From positions 142,662,001 through 142,726,000 of the forward strand of contig CM075977.1 in the NCBI GenBank assembly GCA_038087875.1: a stretch of 64,000 nt of DNA, given 5' to 3'. How positions within the stretch are numbered: position 1 is the first letter of the stretch; the number at the start of each line of letters is the position of its first letter. Origin of the DNA: Malacoraja senta (taxonomy: Eukaryota). The notes beneath the pieces were generated by a model that was given only the letters and a program-made list of their open reading frames with translations, was not told where the DNA came from and ran no database searches. Position numbers and translations under genes: made by a program. This document shows, one piece after another, positions 39,576-54,240 of the stretch.

Positions 39576-41146
39576 CATCTTGTTCTCTTCCGTTTGCATT
39601 GTTTTTAAATTTGCGCAAAAGTGGTATGCGATAGCGCTACGATTTTTCGCCACGTTACTCACCATTCTCCTGTGCTGCAAGTGCACCAAGTTTTCTACTG
39701 ATCGGTGACATATTTCAAATGTTATGAAGGTTTAAATATCGTAAAAACCGCCCCTTCCGACACCCGCTGTCAATCGGCGGTGAGGAGAATAAAGCTGAAG
39801 GAGCAGAGTGAGCAGAGTGTGGAGAGCGAGTTGGGGGCTTGTGTCGGCCATGGCGACGAGCCGGTGAGTGAGTGTGGCTGGGAGTCGCAGAGTGCGGCCG
39901 GGACCCGCTGAGTGAGTGCGGCCAGGAGCCGCTGAGTGAGTGCGGCCGGGAGACAGAAAGTGAGTGCAGCCAGGAGCCGCTGAGTGAGTGCGCCCAGGAG
40001 CCTGTGAGTGAGTGCGGCCGGGAGCCATTGAGTGAGTGCGGCCGGGAGCCGTTGAGTGAGTGCAGCCGGGAGCCGCTCAGTGAGTGCGGCCGGGAGACAG
40101 GAAGTGAGTGCGCCCGAGAGGCGATGAGTGAGTACAGCCGGGAGCCGCTGAGTGAGTGCGGCCAGGAGCTGTAGAGTGAGTACGGCCGGGAGCCGCAGAG
40201 TGAGTGTGGCCGGGAGCCGAGAGCCGTTGAGTGAGTGCGGCACCCCCCCACCCCCCACACACACACCCCTTCCCCCCTCCCACACACCCCTTCCCCCCTC
40301 CCACACATACCTTTTCCCCTCCTCCCACAAACACCCCTTCCCCCTCCCACACACACCACATCCCCTCCCCCCACACACACCCCCTCCCCCCATCATGCCT
40401 CCCACCAACACACCCCTCCCCTCCCACACCTCTCCCCTCCCACCACACAACCCTCTCCTCCCACCACACACAGCGATAGGCCATGGCAGCGGTAGGCCGC
40501 GACAGTGGTTGGCCACGACAGCGGTAGGCAGTGGCAGCGGCTGGCAGTGGCAGCGGCAGTCCAGGGCAGCGCTCCCCCCGCTCCCCGACAGGCCCCGCTT
40601 GAAGCTGTCCCCCACCCCAGGCTGCAGGATGCTCCCCACCAGCCCCCGCCTAAAGCCGTCCCTGTCCCCGGCTACAGAACGCTCCCGCCGCCCCACGCCT
40701 GAAGCCGTCCACGTCCCCAGCTGCAGGACACTTCTCCCCTCATCAGCACCCGACAGCCCCCTCCTGAAGCCGTCCCCATCCCCCGGCTGCAGGACGCCCC
40801 TCCCCCAGCTGCAGGTTGATCCCCTACCAGCTCTGAAAGCCCCTGCCAGAAGCCATCCCCCTCCCCCGGCTGCAGGACACTCAGGACGCTCACTCCCCAC
40901 CGCACCGGCCACTAAGAGTGGATGGGGGGGTTGAGGGAGGTGCGTGGGGGGGGTGGGGGGGGTGGGGTGGCAAGGGGCGGAGTGGGAGGGGAGGTGAGGG
41001 GAGGAGGGGGGGATCAGGAGCATCACAATGGGAACCCGTCAGCCACACCTGTGCAGTTGGGGGCTATGGATGAGTGGTGGAATATTGCATTGGGGGATCA
41101 GGCCTCCCATTTGAGAATGGGACCCAACAGGTCCCACTTAGTCTGG
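39576..41146 (+). mobile_element. Non-autonomous Helitron-like element H5 (5' tip in gap)
   Basis: 5' body is homologous to H2. 3' end is the gggacc-caaca-ggtccc hairpin followed by acttagtCTGG|t (CTRR). Confidence 0.8.
39860..40240. repeat. ~24-bp minisatellite (inside H5)
   Basis: Unit gagtgagtgcggccgggagccgct, about 15-16 copies. Confidence 0.9.
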
Positions 41147-42215
41147 TACATAACTAAAGCTCTGATCTTGTTATCTTCCGGTTTGCGCGGTTATTCTATT
41201 TGCGCCAAAAACGGTATGCGATAGCACTACGATTTTTTGCCAGCTTACTCGCCGTTCTCCTGAGCTGCAATTGCTCCAAGTTTTGTTCCGATCGGTGGTC
41301 TAATGTAAAAGTTAGCAATGTTTACAAAATCTTAAAAACCGCACATGCACAGATCGATCTCCTCTCCTGCCGTTCAGCATCACGTGGATTGGTCTTTTCT
41401 CCTGTCACTCCACGGGACAGTCCGCCCCTTCCTGCGCCATCGCGTCTTTACTGGAGCTGAGGGAGGCTCTGGATGGCCGGCGGAGGTCTCCAACTGGACA
41501 CAATTTTCAGAGGGAGATTGGGTCGGGGACCCGACCCGAAGCAGCCCAGCATTGGAGACCCAGCCCAGCATCGGAGACCCAGCCCAGCCCAGAGTCGGAA
41601 ATGTCGCCGATGTCACCAAACGGAAAACGGAGGCTCTGATCCCGGCAGAGGAGGACGACCAGCACCCGCTGTGAGTCTCCATCCAAATGTCAGCTGCAGC
41701 CACTTCCCCTCTGGTCCCCCTCGCTGGCTCCTGCCCCCCTCCCCCGTGATACTACCCTCTCCCCACAACCCCCGTCTTTTCTCTGAGCTCCCTCACCCCT
41801 TCCACAACCCTCCCCACCCACACCCCTCCCGCTCCCACACCCCACGCGCCCACACCCCGCCCGCCCACACCCCAGCCCGCCCACACCCCAGCCGCCCACA
41901 CCCCCCCCCCTCCACAGCCCCCCTCTCCCACAACCCCACACCCCCACCCCTCCCCCACACACCCACCCCTCTTGGACACATTTCTTCATGTCCCCATCGC
42001 AACGTCAGCTGCAGCCACTTCCCCTCTGGTCCCCCTCGCTGGCTCCTGCCCCCCTCCCCCGTGATACTACCCTCTCCCCCACAAACCCCATATTTTCTCC
42101 AAGCTCTCTCTCCCCCCACAACCCCCCTGCCACACCGCTCCCGCCCACACCCCACCCCCTCCATTGCCCACACCCCCCCGCCACACCCCACCCACATCCC
42201 CCTCCCCCATCGCTT
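41147..42215 (+). mobile_element. Helitron-like element H6 (3'-truncated), abutting H5
   Basis: Begins ataactaaagctctgatcttg, homologous to the H2 5' end. No 3' hairpin seen. Confidence 0.72.
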
Positions 42216-42221
42216 ATCTCC

Positions 42222-43300
42222 CTGCACATAATCCATATCCCTCCATTCCACTATTGTAGTTGCCTCAATCATCAACCTTGGCAGCGCATTTGAGATAATC
42301 ACCATCCTCTGTGTAAAATGTTTGTACCGCACATCTCCTTTAAACTTTGCCACTTTTGCCATAAAGTTTTCACTCAAGTATTTGACTTTTGCATCCTGGG
42401 AAAAAAAGTTTCTGAATGTTTACCCTATCTATGCATTTCATAATTTTATACATTGCTCAGTCTTCCCACAACCTCCTGCAACCCGGAGAAAACACCCCCT
42501 AATCCAGACATCATTCTGGTAAACCTCCTTGCACCCTTTCCAAAACCTCCACATTCTTCCTGTGCAACTAGAACTGCAGGAAATCTTCCAAATGCAGCCT
42601 AACCAAATCCTATAAAACTGCATCATGACTTCCTGACTCTTATGCTTAATGCCCCAACCAATGAAAAAACACCTCCAATATGCCTTCTTTATACTTTATC
42701 TAGTTGTGTTTGGACCTTAAGAACCCTCTTGTACATCAATACTGTTAAGGGTCATGCCATTAACTGAATATTTTGCCCTTACATTTGACCTCCAAGTGCA
42801 ACACGTCACACTTGCTCGGATTAAACTCCTTCTGCCATTTCTTCACCCATTTCTGTAGCTGATTCATATCCCACTGTATAGTTTGACAGCCTTCGTTATA
42901 GTCTGCGACCCCAGCTACCTTGTGTCATCTGCAAACTTACAAACCAACCCATTTATGTCCAAGTCATTTATATATGGCACAAATGGTAGAGGTCCCAGCA
43001 TAGATCCCTGCAAAACTCCATGATCATAGATCTCCTGCCTAAATATTGTCCGACCACTACAACCCTCTGCCTTCTATCAGTAAGCCAGTTCTGAATCCAT
43101 ACAGCCAAGTCACTGTTAATCTCGTACATCCAAATCTTCTGGATCTGCCTACCATGAAGGACTTTATCAAATGCCTTACTAAAATCCATGTAGACAAATT
43201 TCCAACACCCTATCCACATCGATCACCTTCGTCACCTCCTCAAAAAAGTCAATCAAGTTAGTAAGACACAACCTGCCATGCACAAAGCCATGCTCTTGAT
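42222..43300 (-). mobile_element. Older CR1 LINE
   Basis: QHGF..GR.CLTNL and YMDFSKAFDKV motifs. Confidence 0.8.
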
Positions 43301-44245
43301 AAAGGTATACAGCCCTCTCCCCTCTATTACCTGCATCTCTATCATGTCTGTGGCATTGAGTCATCAGTCCTGCCCTTCTTGCAACCATGTTTCTGTTATA
43401 GCTGAAATATCCCAGTTCTGATATCTATGCCCTGAGATTGTCTGCCTTACCTGTTAAGCCTCTTGTATTGAAATAAATGCAGTTTAAACCATTGGACTTT
43501 CCTCACTTTTTGCCTTTCTCCTGCCTGCCTTGTCTACAATTTTTGCTCTTTATCTATAGTATTTACCTCCAACCTCACCTGCCTCCTTTCTGTTCTGGGA
43601 CCTTACGTAAAATCTCCTGCACTATTTTTCACAATTGCTACATCAGCTGCAGCGAAAGATCTGTCAACAGTACTCCACTCTCAACTTGTTTGCCCTTTAA
43701 AGGTGCAGGCTAATTTTCACAGCACACAACAATTATTATGTTAGGCTTTACCAGAAGCATCTGAGTAATGAACAATGTGGTTAATCCTGACTGGAGGCTG
43801 TTACTGTTATAATTCATAGACACCTCAACATTAGAATGTTGCTTACATTCCTTTGCATTGTGTGTTGTGGTCTTGCACCTATTTTCTATGGCTTTCAAAT
43901 TTAGTATTTCAGATTGTACTGCAAATAATATTTGAGATATGATCCAGATAATGGTTCTATTATGTCATAAATAAAATTCTGATTATATTTGCAGAATGAC
44001 GTTGCAATCTACGAAAGGGAAAGGCTATAGATTTACGCATAATGTTCACTTTGGTACAAGTTAATTTATGTGCATTTTAAATTACAGGATTACAGAACTA
44101 AGAATTTCAAATGACTTTTAAATTGCAATAATGGTGCTTAAGCCATTTAGGCTACTGATGAATTCAAATTGCATAATTCTGCAAAAGAATATGCTTGATT
44201 TATGTACAGAATGAATATAACTTTTTTTTTTTCATTCTGTTGGTA

Positions 44246-45181
44246 CAGGTTGAACACCGATTTTCCGGCACCCTCGGTTCCAGAGCCCGTCTGAATTATC
44301 CGTTTATCTGGGCCAACAGAAGTCGCGTAATAATGAAAGGACAATGCACCCCTGGCCTGCTAATGACACCCGTGTCTCTAAAGCACCATGGAGTGCCAGA
44401 ATTTTTTTTAAAAATATATATAATGTGACCTTAATGTGAATGGCTTTATCTGCACCCCATTTTGACACCGCCATCTGCTTTGTCACTTTGTCCAGTCAGC
44501 ATCTTCCCACCCCTCCTTTCTCCTCCTCCTTGTCCCTCCACCATCACCTCTGTCGCTGCCCAGAAGTCGCTGACATACTCCATCTTGTAAGCGACAACAG
44601 GTGAGAGGGGAGGGAGCCCCATGGTAACTGTGCCTAATTTTAAAGTGAAACGACACAAAGTGCTGGAGTAACTCATCCGACAATCAGTTTGAAGAAGGGT
44701 CCTGATGTAACCTATCCATGTTCTCCAGAGATCCTGACCCACTGAATTACTCTATCACTTTGTGTCCTTTTGTCTATTAACCGTCATCAGCAATAATGGA
44801 CACCATTCCCTCCGCAATTATGTTTGTAATAAATCCCTTGTTAGCAGAGGGAGTGGGGGGGTGGGGGAAGAGGCCGACTAGACAGAGCGACGGAAGAAAC
44901 AGGCGTCAGTGGTGAAGTGGGAAGCGAATAAAGCCACCGCCAACAGCATGAAATACAAGCAGGTGAGAGGGACTCGCTGGTGCTCCTTGCGAGTTGGGAG
45001 TGGGATCGGAAGTCGGGGCTCTAAACGGCCGGGGAGCCGGTGGGAGCCGGGGATGGTCGGCTGGTCATTACATTCACATTCAGTGAACAATGCCATCTGT
45101 GGCCGCTTAATGAATTTCAACTGAGCTCTCGTAATTTTGTCCAGATTATAGGGGGGATTGCTGGAATCGGTGTTCAACCTG
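44246..45181. mobile_element. Tc1/mariner (Tigger/pogo-like) non-autonomous element
   Basis: TIRs caggttgaacaccgatt / aatcggtgttcaacctg, with TA on both flanks. Confidence 0.85.
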
Positions 45182-46139
45182 TAGTAGAGTTAATCCATCC
45201 TTAAAAAACTAAATGAATCACATAAAATTGTAACTAGGTAAACATGCCAATATCACTTTAAAACTGATCAATCACTATATAATAATTTTATTTATCTCAT
45301 GGAATATAATGTGATTTTTTAAAATAACAGCATATAATAGCACGCAAAGCAAAGCTTTCCATGGAACCTTGGTACACATGATAACCTAAACCTAAATACT
45401 CTCAGATTTTTATTTAAACAATTTTAATGTTAACTGAAACTAATTTTAAATTCATTTAACTAATGAAGTAAAATACATATTTTTGACATTCTATTCCATA
45501 GAAATATTGAAGCGCTTTCAACTGATTAAATAATCTGATTATTTCTTCAGTTTCTAATAGACATTAAACAATTTAAAACTTATCTGTTACTCTGAATTAG
45601 AATAACCAAATTAAACATTTTCATGATTTTAATTTAAAGATAAAGAGGAAGGCCTAAAGTAAAAGAATTACACAAATGATCATATTGTTCCTGATGTTAA
45701 AACAAGATGTGTTTTACAGTAGTGCATTGAATCCTGCGATATAAGGTTTATTGAAGTAGCAAGGGAACCTAAATGTCGGGTTAGCAAACAGCATGGGAAA
45801 ACATTTTTTTTAAATTAAGTTTATATAATGGAACAGATTGCACAAAAATGGTTTTCCTTTAAAAAATCACATATATGATTTACCTTGAGAATATCTAAAT
45901 TCTCTGTTCTACTGGAGAAATCTTTCAGTCCATACTTTCAGATAAATAGATGAGAAATCCTACTCCAGCTGCTATCACTCCTCAGGGATGTAATCTTCAA
46001 ATCTGCGCTTATTACCCATTTTCAAAAAATCTAACCAATGTCATTCACCATCATTGCATACAGCCACCTCATTTCCAATCACCCACTCCAAAATTCTTGA
46101 TGCAATTTCCCAAATCTGTAAACACCTTTCCAAGCATCA

Positions 46140-46545
46140 AGAGTGTTTAATTATCATGTTTAATTATCAAATATACTGGCAATAAAATAATGAAATTCCT
46201 TCATGCTGCAGTTTAACAGGCTCATAAAATATATAAATATATAGTAATCAATAATACATTAAATTAATAACTGTAATACTAGGTAACCCTAATACCGCAA
46301 AAAACCAAATTCTGCGGTGCAACCAAAGACATGGTAGATTGAAGATCATAGTTTGCTGAGGTTAATGTTATGTACTGTTCAAGGCCCTGATAGCTGCTGG
46401 GAAGAAGCTTTGGGAGCCTGGTGGTCAAGATTTTCAGGCTCCTGTGCCTTCTTCCTAATGGTAGTGGCAAAATGAGAGTGTGGCCAGGATGGCGTGGGTC
46501 TTTGATGATATTAGCTGCCTTTTCCAAAGCTACTTTTTTCAATCC
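46140..46545 (-). mobile_element. Rex/Babar LINE 3' fragment
   Basis: KAANIIKDPRHPGHTL..LPLGRR peptide. Confidence 0.7.
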
Positions 46546-46739
46546 TCAATGAGGTTTGTGATTCCCATACTATTAGAACTGGATTTACCGCAGTCACCAT
46601 TCTACAATTTTGAATCTTGTTTTCAAATCATCTAATAACTTCACTGTCTCTACCTCAGTAATCCAATCCAATCTCATAATCCTCTGAGATATCCATGCTT
46701 CTCCAAATTGCTCCATCTGTGGCAGCTGGTTTAATCAAC

Positions 46740-47470
46740 AACAACAACGAGACGGACAGGACAACAACCTACCCCTTAATGTCAGCAAGACAAATGAGTC
46801 GATTGTTGACACATACAAGTGAGGGTTTGAACACCACCCTGGCCCCATCAACAGAGCTGCTATGAAGATGGGCAACAACGTCAGGTTCCTCGGCATCCAT
46901 ATCACCAGCAACCTTCACATTGATGCAATAATCAAGAAAGCGCATCAATATATTTTACTTCCTTAGACATCTGAGAAGATTCAGTGTATTCACAAGGATT
47001 CTCCTGAATTTCTATAGGTGTGTTATTGAAAGTATTCTGATGTGATGCATCATACCTGGGTATGACAACTGCTCTGCTTTGCACATGAACCTGCAGACAG
47101 TGGTGAACACAGCCCACTCCACAACAGGCTCATCACTGATCAGTCTGAAAAAATGTGGTCTGTCCATTACCCTCCACAGATGTTCCTGGCCTGTAGATTT
47201 CCTCCAGCACTGTGTCTTTTGCTCAATATTCCAGTAATCTGCTGTCTCCTATGTCTACACTTCCTTCCATCCAGTTCGTCATCATGGTGCATTGCATCAG
47301 AGAGGCTGGAAGTATCATCAAGAATACCTGTCACCCTTGCCATTCCTTTTTCTCCCTTCTACTTTCTGGGAGAAGGTACAGGGGTTTTAGAGCTCAAACA
47401 TTCAGACTTAAGAAGAGTTTCTTCCCCACTGCTATCAGACTCCTGAACCAGTCATCTCAATCACGTTCTC
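46740..47470 (+). mobile_element. Rex/Babar LINE fragment (3' UTR appears to resume at ~54425-54580)
   Basis: Degenerate LNVSKT, FLGIHI, NFYRCVIESIL and SFFPTAIRLLN motifs. Confidence 0.7.
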
Positions 47471-48533
47471 AGAGATTAGAAACATAGAAACATAGAAGAT
47501 AGGTGCAGCAGTAGGCCATTCGGCCCTTCGAGCCTGCACCGCCATTCAATATGATCATCGCTGATCATCCAACTCAGTATCCTGTACCTGCTTTCTCTCC
47601 ATACCCCCCTGATCCCTTTAGCCACAAGGGCCACATCTAACTCCCTCTTAAATATAGCCAATGAACTGGCCTCAACTACATTCTGTGGCAGAGAATTCCA
47701 GAGATTCACCACTCTCTGTGTAAAAAATGTTTTTCTCATCTCAGTCCTAAAAGATTTCCCCTTTATCCTTAAACTGTGACCCCTTGTTCAGTGACTTCCC
47801 CAACATAGGGAACAATCTCCCTGCATCTAGCCTGTCCAACCCCTTAAGAATTATGTAAGTTTCTATAAGATCCCCCCTCAATCTTCTTAATTCCAGCGAG
47901 TACAAGACGAGTCTACCCAGTCTTTCCTCATATGAAAGTCCTGACATCCCAGGAATCAGTCTGGTGAACCTTCTCTGTACTCCCTCTATGGCAAGAATGT
48001 CCTTCCTCAGATTAGGAGACCAAAACTGTACGCAATACTCCAGGTGTGGTCTCACCAAGACCCTGTACAACTGCAGTAGAACCTCCCTGCTCCTATACTC
48101 AAATCCTTTCGCTATGAATGCTTTATTTTTTTTATTTTTTATTTTTTTATTTTTTTATTTATTAGAAGTACATTACATTACAACCACATACATTAGTACT
48201 CGTCGCTTATATCTTCTTACAATTAATGTACTCCGTTTGTTTTTTACACTAGAAAAGGGAAAGGATGAGATTGAAAGAAAGAAGAAAGTGAAGGAAAAAG
48301 TGAAAGTGTAGAAAATGTGACAACAAGAAAGAACGAAGACCCTATAAGAAAAAAATTAAAAACAAAAGAAAAAGAGTTAAGAAATAGACCCTAGAAAAGA
48401 AGGAGAAATAGAAAGAGGGAAAAGAGAAAAACAAATAGTATTTATGAGCATTACGCAAATGGGACATACCAACTCTCCAACTTTCATCCCCCCTTACCTG
48501 ACTTCAGTTTTTTTTTTAAGGTACCTTTGCACC

Positions 48534-51500
48534 CTATATTTGTAATAATTCTATAAATGCAGACCACGTCAGGTGGAAGTGATCTGGTTTACCTGCCAGG
48601 AGGAGTCTTATCTCTTCTAGGTGTAATGTTTCGAACATATTTGAAATCCACATGTTTATAGTTGGTATTGGAGCCTTCTTCCAAAATTTTAGGATTAGCT
48701 TTTTTCCAGTTATTAACCCGTAGTCTATTAGTTTCTTTTGAAACACATTTAGTTCTGGACCATCTTCCATTATTCCGAAGATAATCCATTCTGCTTTGGG
48801 TATCAGTTTTATTTTAAATAATTTTGTAAAGATTTCAAAAATTTCAATCCAAAATGTTTGAATTTTTGTACAGAAAACAAATGAGTGCGCTATAGTAGCT
48901 TCTTGGGATTGACATTTATCACAAATGGATGATACATTTGGGAAAATTTTATGGATTTTAGTTTTGGAATAATATAATCTATGTAAAATTTTAAATTGTA
49001 TTAAAGTGTGTCTTACATTAATTGAACATTTATGCACATTTAATAAGTGTTCATTCCACCTTTCCTTTGAAATTTTAATAGCTAACTCTTGTTCCCAGTC
49101 TCTTCTGATACCCTCCGTAGATGGTATTTCTACATTTAAGATAATATTATACAAATCTGATATTAAATTTTCTGATTCTGCTTTTATCTGCATTGCATCA
49201 TCCAATACATCTGCTGGGCTATTGTAATGATCTTTTGTATATTTTTTCAAATAGTCGCATATTTGAAATTATTTAAATTATTGATTATTTCCGAGTTTAT
49301 ATTTTATTTGTAATTGTTGAAATGAAAGTAATTTTCCAGTTTCATATAAGTCACCGAACGTTTTAATTCCTAGTCTATCCCAATGTGTGAAAGATTTATC
49401 TATAGTAGAGGGATTAAACGAAGGGTTATTAACTATGGGAGATAAAAGTGATAAATTTCTTCATTTTAAATTTTGTTTTATTTACTTCCAAATTCGGATT
49501 GTGCTATGTATAATTGGGTTCTTATTATAATTTATATTATTCAGTTTCATTGGTGAGAGGAGGATCGCTCCAATGTTTCCAGAGGAGCAATCCTCTTTCT
49601 CCATTACAATCCAATCCACTTGCTGGGCAGAGTTATCCATCAGTTGAATCATATTTTTAATATTTAATGACCAATAATAATACATGAAATTAGGTAGTGC
49701 TAAACCCCCTAATACTTTAGGTTTATTCAAGTGAGTTTTTTGTATTCTATGTGATTTATAGTCCCATATAAAATTAGTGATATCTGAGTCCAGTTTTTTT
49801 TTAAACTTCTTTGGTAAGTATATAGGAATCGATTGAAATAGGTATAAAATTTGTGGTAGAAAGATCATTTTTATTGCATTTATTCGGCCTATAAAAGACA
49901 TCGGGAGCGTTTTCCAAAATTTAACTAGTGTGTTTAATTTATTAAGTAGCGGATCAAAATTTGTTTTAATTATACCTTGATATGTTCTAGTAATTTCGAT
50001 TCCCAAGTATTTATATTTTTCTGTAGCTATTTTAAAAGGGAATTTTAAAAGATGTGTTGAATCTTTTGGTTTTATTGACATAATTTCACTTTTATTCCAA
50101 ATTATTCTGTATCCCGAAAAAGATCCAAAGTCTTCAATTAAATTTAATATATTTGGTATAGTGATTTGAGGTTTTGTAATGTACAGTAATATGTCATCCA
50201 CGTATAAAGATATTTTATTATTTGAATCTTTAGTATTATACCCATGGATATCAGGGTGTATTCTAATTTTTTCTGCTAGCGGTTCAATAATAAGAGCAAA
50301 CAACTGTGGTGATAATGAGCATCCTTGTTTATTTCCCCTTGATAGTTGGAATTTCGAGGATAATATGTTATTAGTTAATATTCTAGCTGTAGGTTTATTA
50401 TATAATAATTTAATCCATAAAATAAATTTCTCTCCCAGTTGGAATTTTTGTAATATTTTATCCATATAATTCCATTCTACTTGGTCAAATGCTTTTTCAG
50501 CATCCAGCGAAATAATTGATCATTCTTGTTCTTCAGATTTGTGTGAGTGCATTATGTTGAGTAAACGTCTCATATTGTTAGATGAGTATCTCTTAGGGAT
50601 AAACCCCATCTGATCTGGGTTTATTAATTTACTAATATATTTACTTAATCTTCTAGCTAATGTTTTCGCTAATATTTTTTGATCTGTGTTTAACAATGCT
50701 ATAGCTCTATATGAACCCGGTTCTTCTAAATCTTTGCCTTTCTTAAGTATTAGTGTAATCGTTGATTCCGCTAATGTATCAGGTAGTATTTGTTTTTTAA
50801 AAGCATATTGGTACATTTTTTGTAATCTTGGTATAATTTTATCATAGAAGCTTTTATAAAATTCATTAGTAAATCCATCCGGACCTGGTGTTTTTCCATT
50901 CTTTAGTGAGTTTATTGTATCTTCTAATTCCTTAATTGAGATTTGTGCACCCAATTCCTCTTGTTCCTTCAACTCTAACTTTGGAAGATTACAATTATCC
51001 AAAAACTCTGTGATTTTATTGGAATCAATTGTCGTTTTAGATGTATACAAATTCTCATAAAATTGCGCAAATCTTTTATTAATATCCTTCGGTGTGGTTA
51101 ATAATTCCCCTTTATCTGATTTAATCTTTGGGATAGTATGTTCTTTTTCTCGTTTTTTTAACTGGCGAGCCAAAAGTTTATGCGGTTTATCCCCAAATTC
51201 AAAGTGCTCTTGTTTTGTAATTTGAAAAAGTCTTAAGTTTGGCTGATAATAATTTATTTAATTTAAATGTCAAAATTATTATTTTATTATGTTTATCTAT
51301 TGATGGATCTTTAGCATTATCTATATCCATTTGTCTAATAAGTTCTTCTAACTGTCTTTGTTCATTCTTATTATTTTTATTTTGAAAAGCTTGATATGAA
51401 ATTATAATACCCCTAATGTATGCTTTAAAAGATTCCCATAATACAGTAGACGATATATCTGGAGTGTCATTTATTTGAAAAAAGGCATCCATTTGTTCTT

Positions 51501-52321
51501 TTAAATATATACTCGCTTGTGGATCTTTTAGGATTTGAGAATTAAATCTCCAAAACGATTTATTCTTAGACATTCCTTCCAGTTTTAAAAAGAAAGTTAG
51601 TGGAGAATGGTCTGAAATCGAATTTGTATGGTATGTTGGGTTAAAAGTATGAGGGATTAATTTTGTATCCAGCAGGAAATAATCTATACGTGAGTATGTT
51701 TTGTGTACCATTGAATAAAACGAGTATTCCATGCCAGTTGGATTAACAATTCTCCAAACATCTCCTATATTAGTATTGTTTATGTAAGTATTGAGAAGTT
51801 CACTGGTTTTAGATTTCATATTCCCTCTGTTTTTGGCTTGATTTATCTAAATACGGATCTAAAACACAGTTAAAGTCTCCTCCTATTATAACATTTTGAT
51901 AGTTAGACTCTGCAATTATGTTCAAAATTATATTTTAAAAATGAGGGTTGTCAAAGTTAGGCGCATATATATTTACCAAAGTAATTGGAGTATCATGAAT
52001 TTCTCCATTAACTATTAAGTATCTCCCTTCGATGTCTGTTCTGATATTCTTTGCTTTAAATGGTATACCTTTTCTTATAATGATTGACGTACCTCTAGAT
52101 TTCGAAGTAAATGAAGAATGGTATGTTTGACCTATCCATTTCGCCCTCAACCTAGCTTGATCCTGAGATTTTAAATGAGTTTCTTGTAAGAAGATAATGT
52201 CAGAGTTGTACAGTTTCAGCTGAGCTAGTATCTTACCCCTTTTAATAGGTTCGTTAATACCTCTTATATTCCAACTACAGAATAAGATTCCTCCTAGGTT
52301 CTTTTGTTTAGCATCTTGCAT
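48534..52321 (-). pseudogene. L1 ORF2 (APE endonuclease, RT, C-terminal Zn knuckle), frameshifted
   Basis: Motifs SWNIRG, FLQETH, SRIDYF, SDHSP, PGPDGF, QGCSLSP, YVDD and CDKC...H...C. Confidence 0.92.
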
Positions 52322-53124
52322 TTTGAATAATTATAGTACCTTTAAATCTTATGGTGCATCCATATCCCAGGTCTTTGGGTATTGGGGGAACTTTTGAATT
52401 TCTAGGTTTTGTTGGTATATCCATTTTACGCTTATCACTAAACACAAAACACAAACATGTGAGTTTATGTGGTAATAAAAAATAAAAAAAAAAAGTGAAA
52501 ATACAGTGTCTAATATAGTCGGCACTGTAGCAAGTGGCCCACCTGTAGGTGGGAAAAAACCTTGTTTCGACTTCCATTGTGATGTTAAACAAATAGCTCT
52601 GCTCTCTTGGTTAATCATAACATATTAAAATATTAAAACGGGGCCTCACATTCAGATATATAATACAATTTTACCCTATATATTTCATTATAACATATCA
52701 TGCATATATCGCAATTTTAGCTACTAATTATTAAACAGATACTTTTGACTTCAATAATAGTCAACTGTTGGTTGAAGGGGTTAACGAGACGTGCCCCTGG
52801 ACCTAAGCCAGGTGCTCGTTTCTCTTCCCCTCCTCCCACTTATAGATAAGGTTTCAATTTATTAAAAATTCATATTAGTATGTTAGTTCATTATTTTTTA
52901 TTTTTATTTTTTTTATTTTTGTTAGCATTCTAATCTAACATGAATAACTTATTAAGTTATTAATAGGATGTTCTTACAATTGGTTTTAATATTATAGTCT
53001 ATTAACAAATAAATGCTTCTGGTATATACCATTCCCTTCTGTTCACTGTTTACTCATTTTGAACAGAAAGTGACCTTGATTCAAAATTCCATAGATAACA
53101 GTCCAGCCATCCCCAGACAAAGCA

Positions 53125-54240
53125 TTACTTGGAATGGTTCAGCTCTACCAAACACCCATTTGATTTCTGTTTTTCAATGATACTTTGGGCATATTTGAAC
53201 GCATCTTCAGGCTTTGGAAATGACTTTTCAGAACCCTTGAAAGAAATACGCATTTTAGCTGGATAAAAAACCCCGTATCTGATCCATTCTTTCCCTCTTA
53301 AAAGATCCTTAACCTTCTCGAATTTGTTTCTTTTTTGCACAATTTCATACGGGTAGTCCCTGAATATCTTAATAATGTCATTGTCCACCCGCAGCTGTAT
53401 TCCGTATTTTATTTTGCTCATAACATCTTCCAGTTCTAAAATATCCCGAAATTTCACAATAATATGACGTGGATCAATTTTTCCCGCACCAGATCTCTGT
53501 TTAAATCTTGGAACACGATGAGCCACTTCGATTTTCGGTTCTTTGGAAAGATTAAGCAGTTGTTTACTAAGCCCATGGCAAACTCACGAACATCCTCCCC
53601 CTCGGCTCCCTCTGAGACTCCAAGAATTCTCAAATTCTGTCGTCTAGAGCGAGCTTCCAGGTCCAAGCATTTGTCTGAGACTTTCCCCAGTTGAATCACC
53701 ATCTGTAGTGAAGTTTGTTCATTTTCTTGCTTCATTTGCTCATGTTCTTGCCTCATTTTCGCCATGTCTTCAACCACTCGAGCCGTGTTTTTCTCCAATT
53801 CCGTAATTGTGCGCATACTTGCAGCTACTGTTTCAAGCACAGCCGTGAACCTGTCCGTAGTAGTTTCATCCATCTTGTCCATTCTCCCCGATAGTCCATC
53901 TTTCACATCATCAATTCGTTTATTTATAATGTCCAGTGAATCAATCACCTTCTGATTACCAGCCTCAATAGCCTTCTGATTACCAGCATTTGTATCCTTC
54001 ATCATCTTTTCCATTTTTTTCATCATATTTTCCATCATATTTTTATTTTCATCCAAAATCTTATCTTTCATATTTTTCGCTGATTTCTTCAAATCATCAA
54101 ACTCTTAACTTGGCTCTTGTATCCATTTCTGCAGCCACTTCAGAGACTTCAGGGGTAACTTCTCCTTCAGGCTTCTTCTGGTCTCTCAGCAGCTTTTTCA
54201 CTGATCTCTGAGGGCTCTCAGCTGGAGGCAGTTTACTCAT
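53125..54240 (-). pseudogene. L1 ORF1 (coiled coil + RRM/CTD), frameshifted
   Basis: Motifs LEARSRRQNLRILGVSEGAE, PRHIIVKF, IFRDY and YPAKMRI. ATG at 54240. Confidence 0.85.

Noticed and set aside
45884-45935. Donor-like AAG|gtaaat on the minus strand
   Set aside because: The acceptor is weak, and the flanking exons already join exactly to form the conserved F-box Trp codon.
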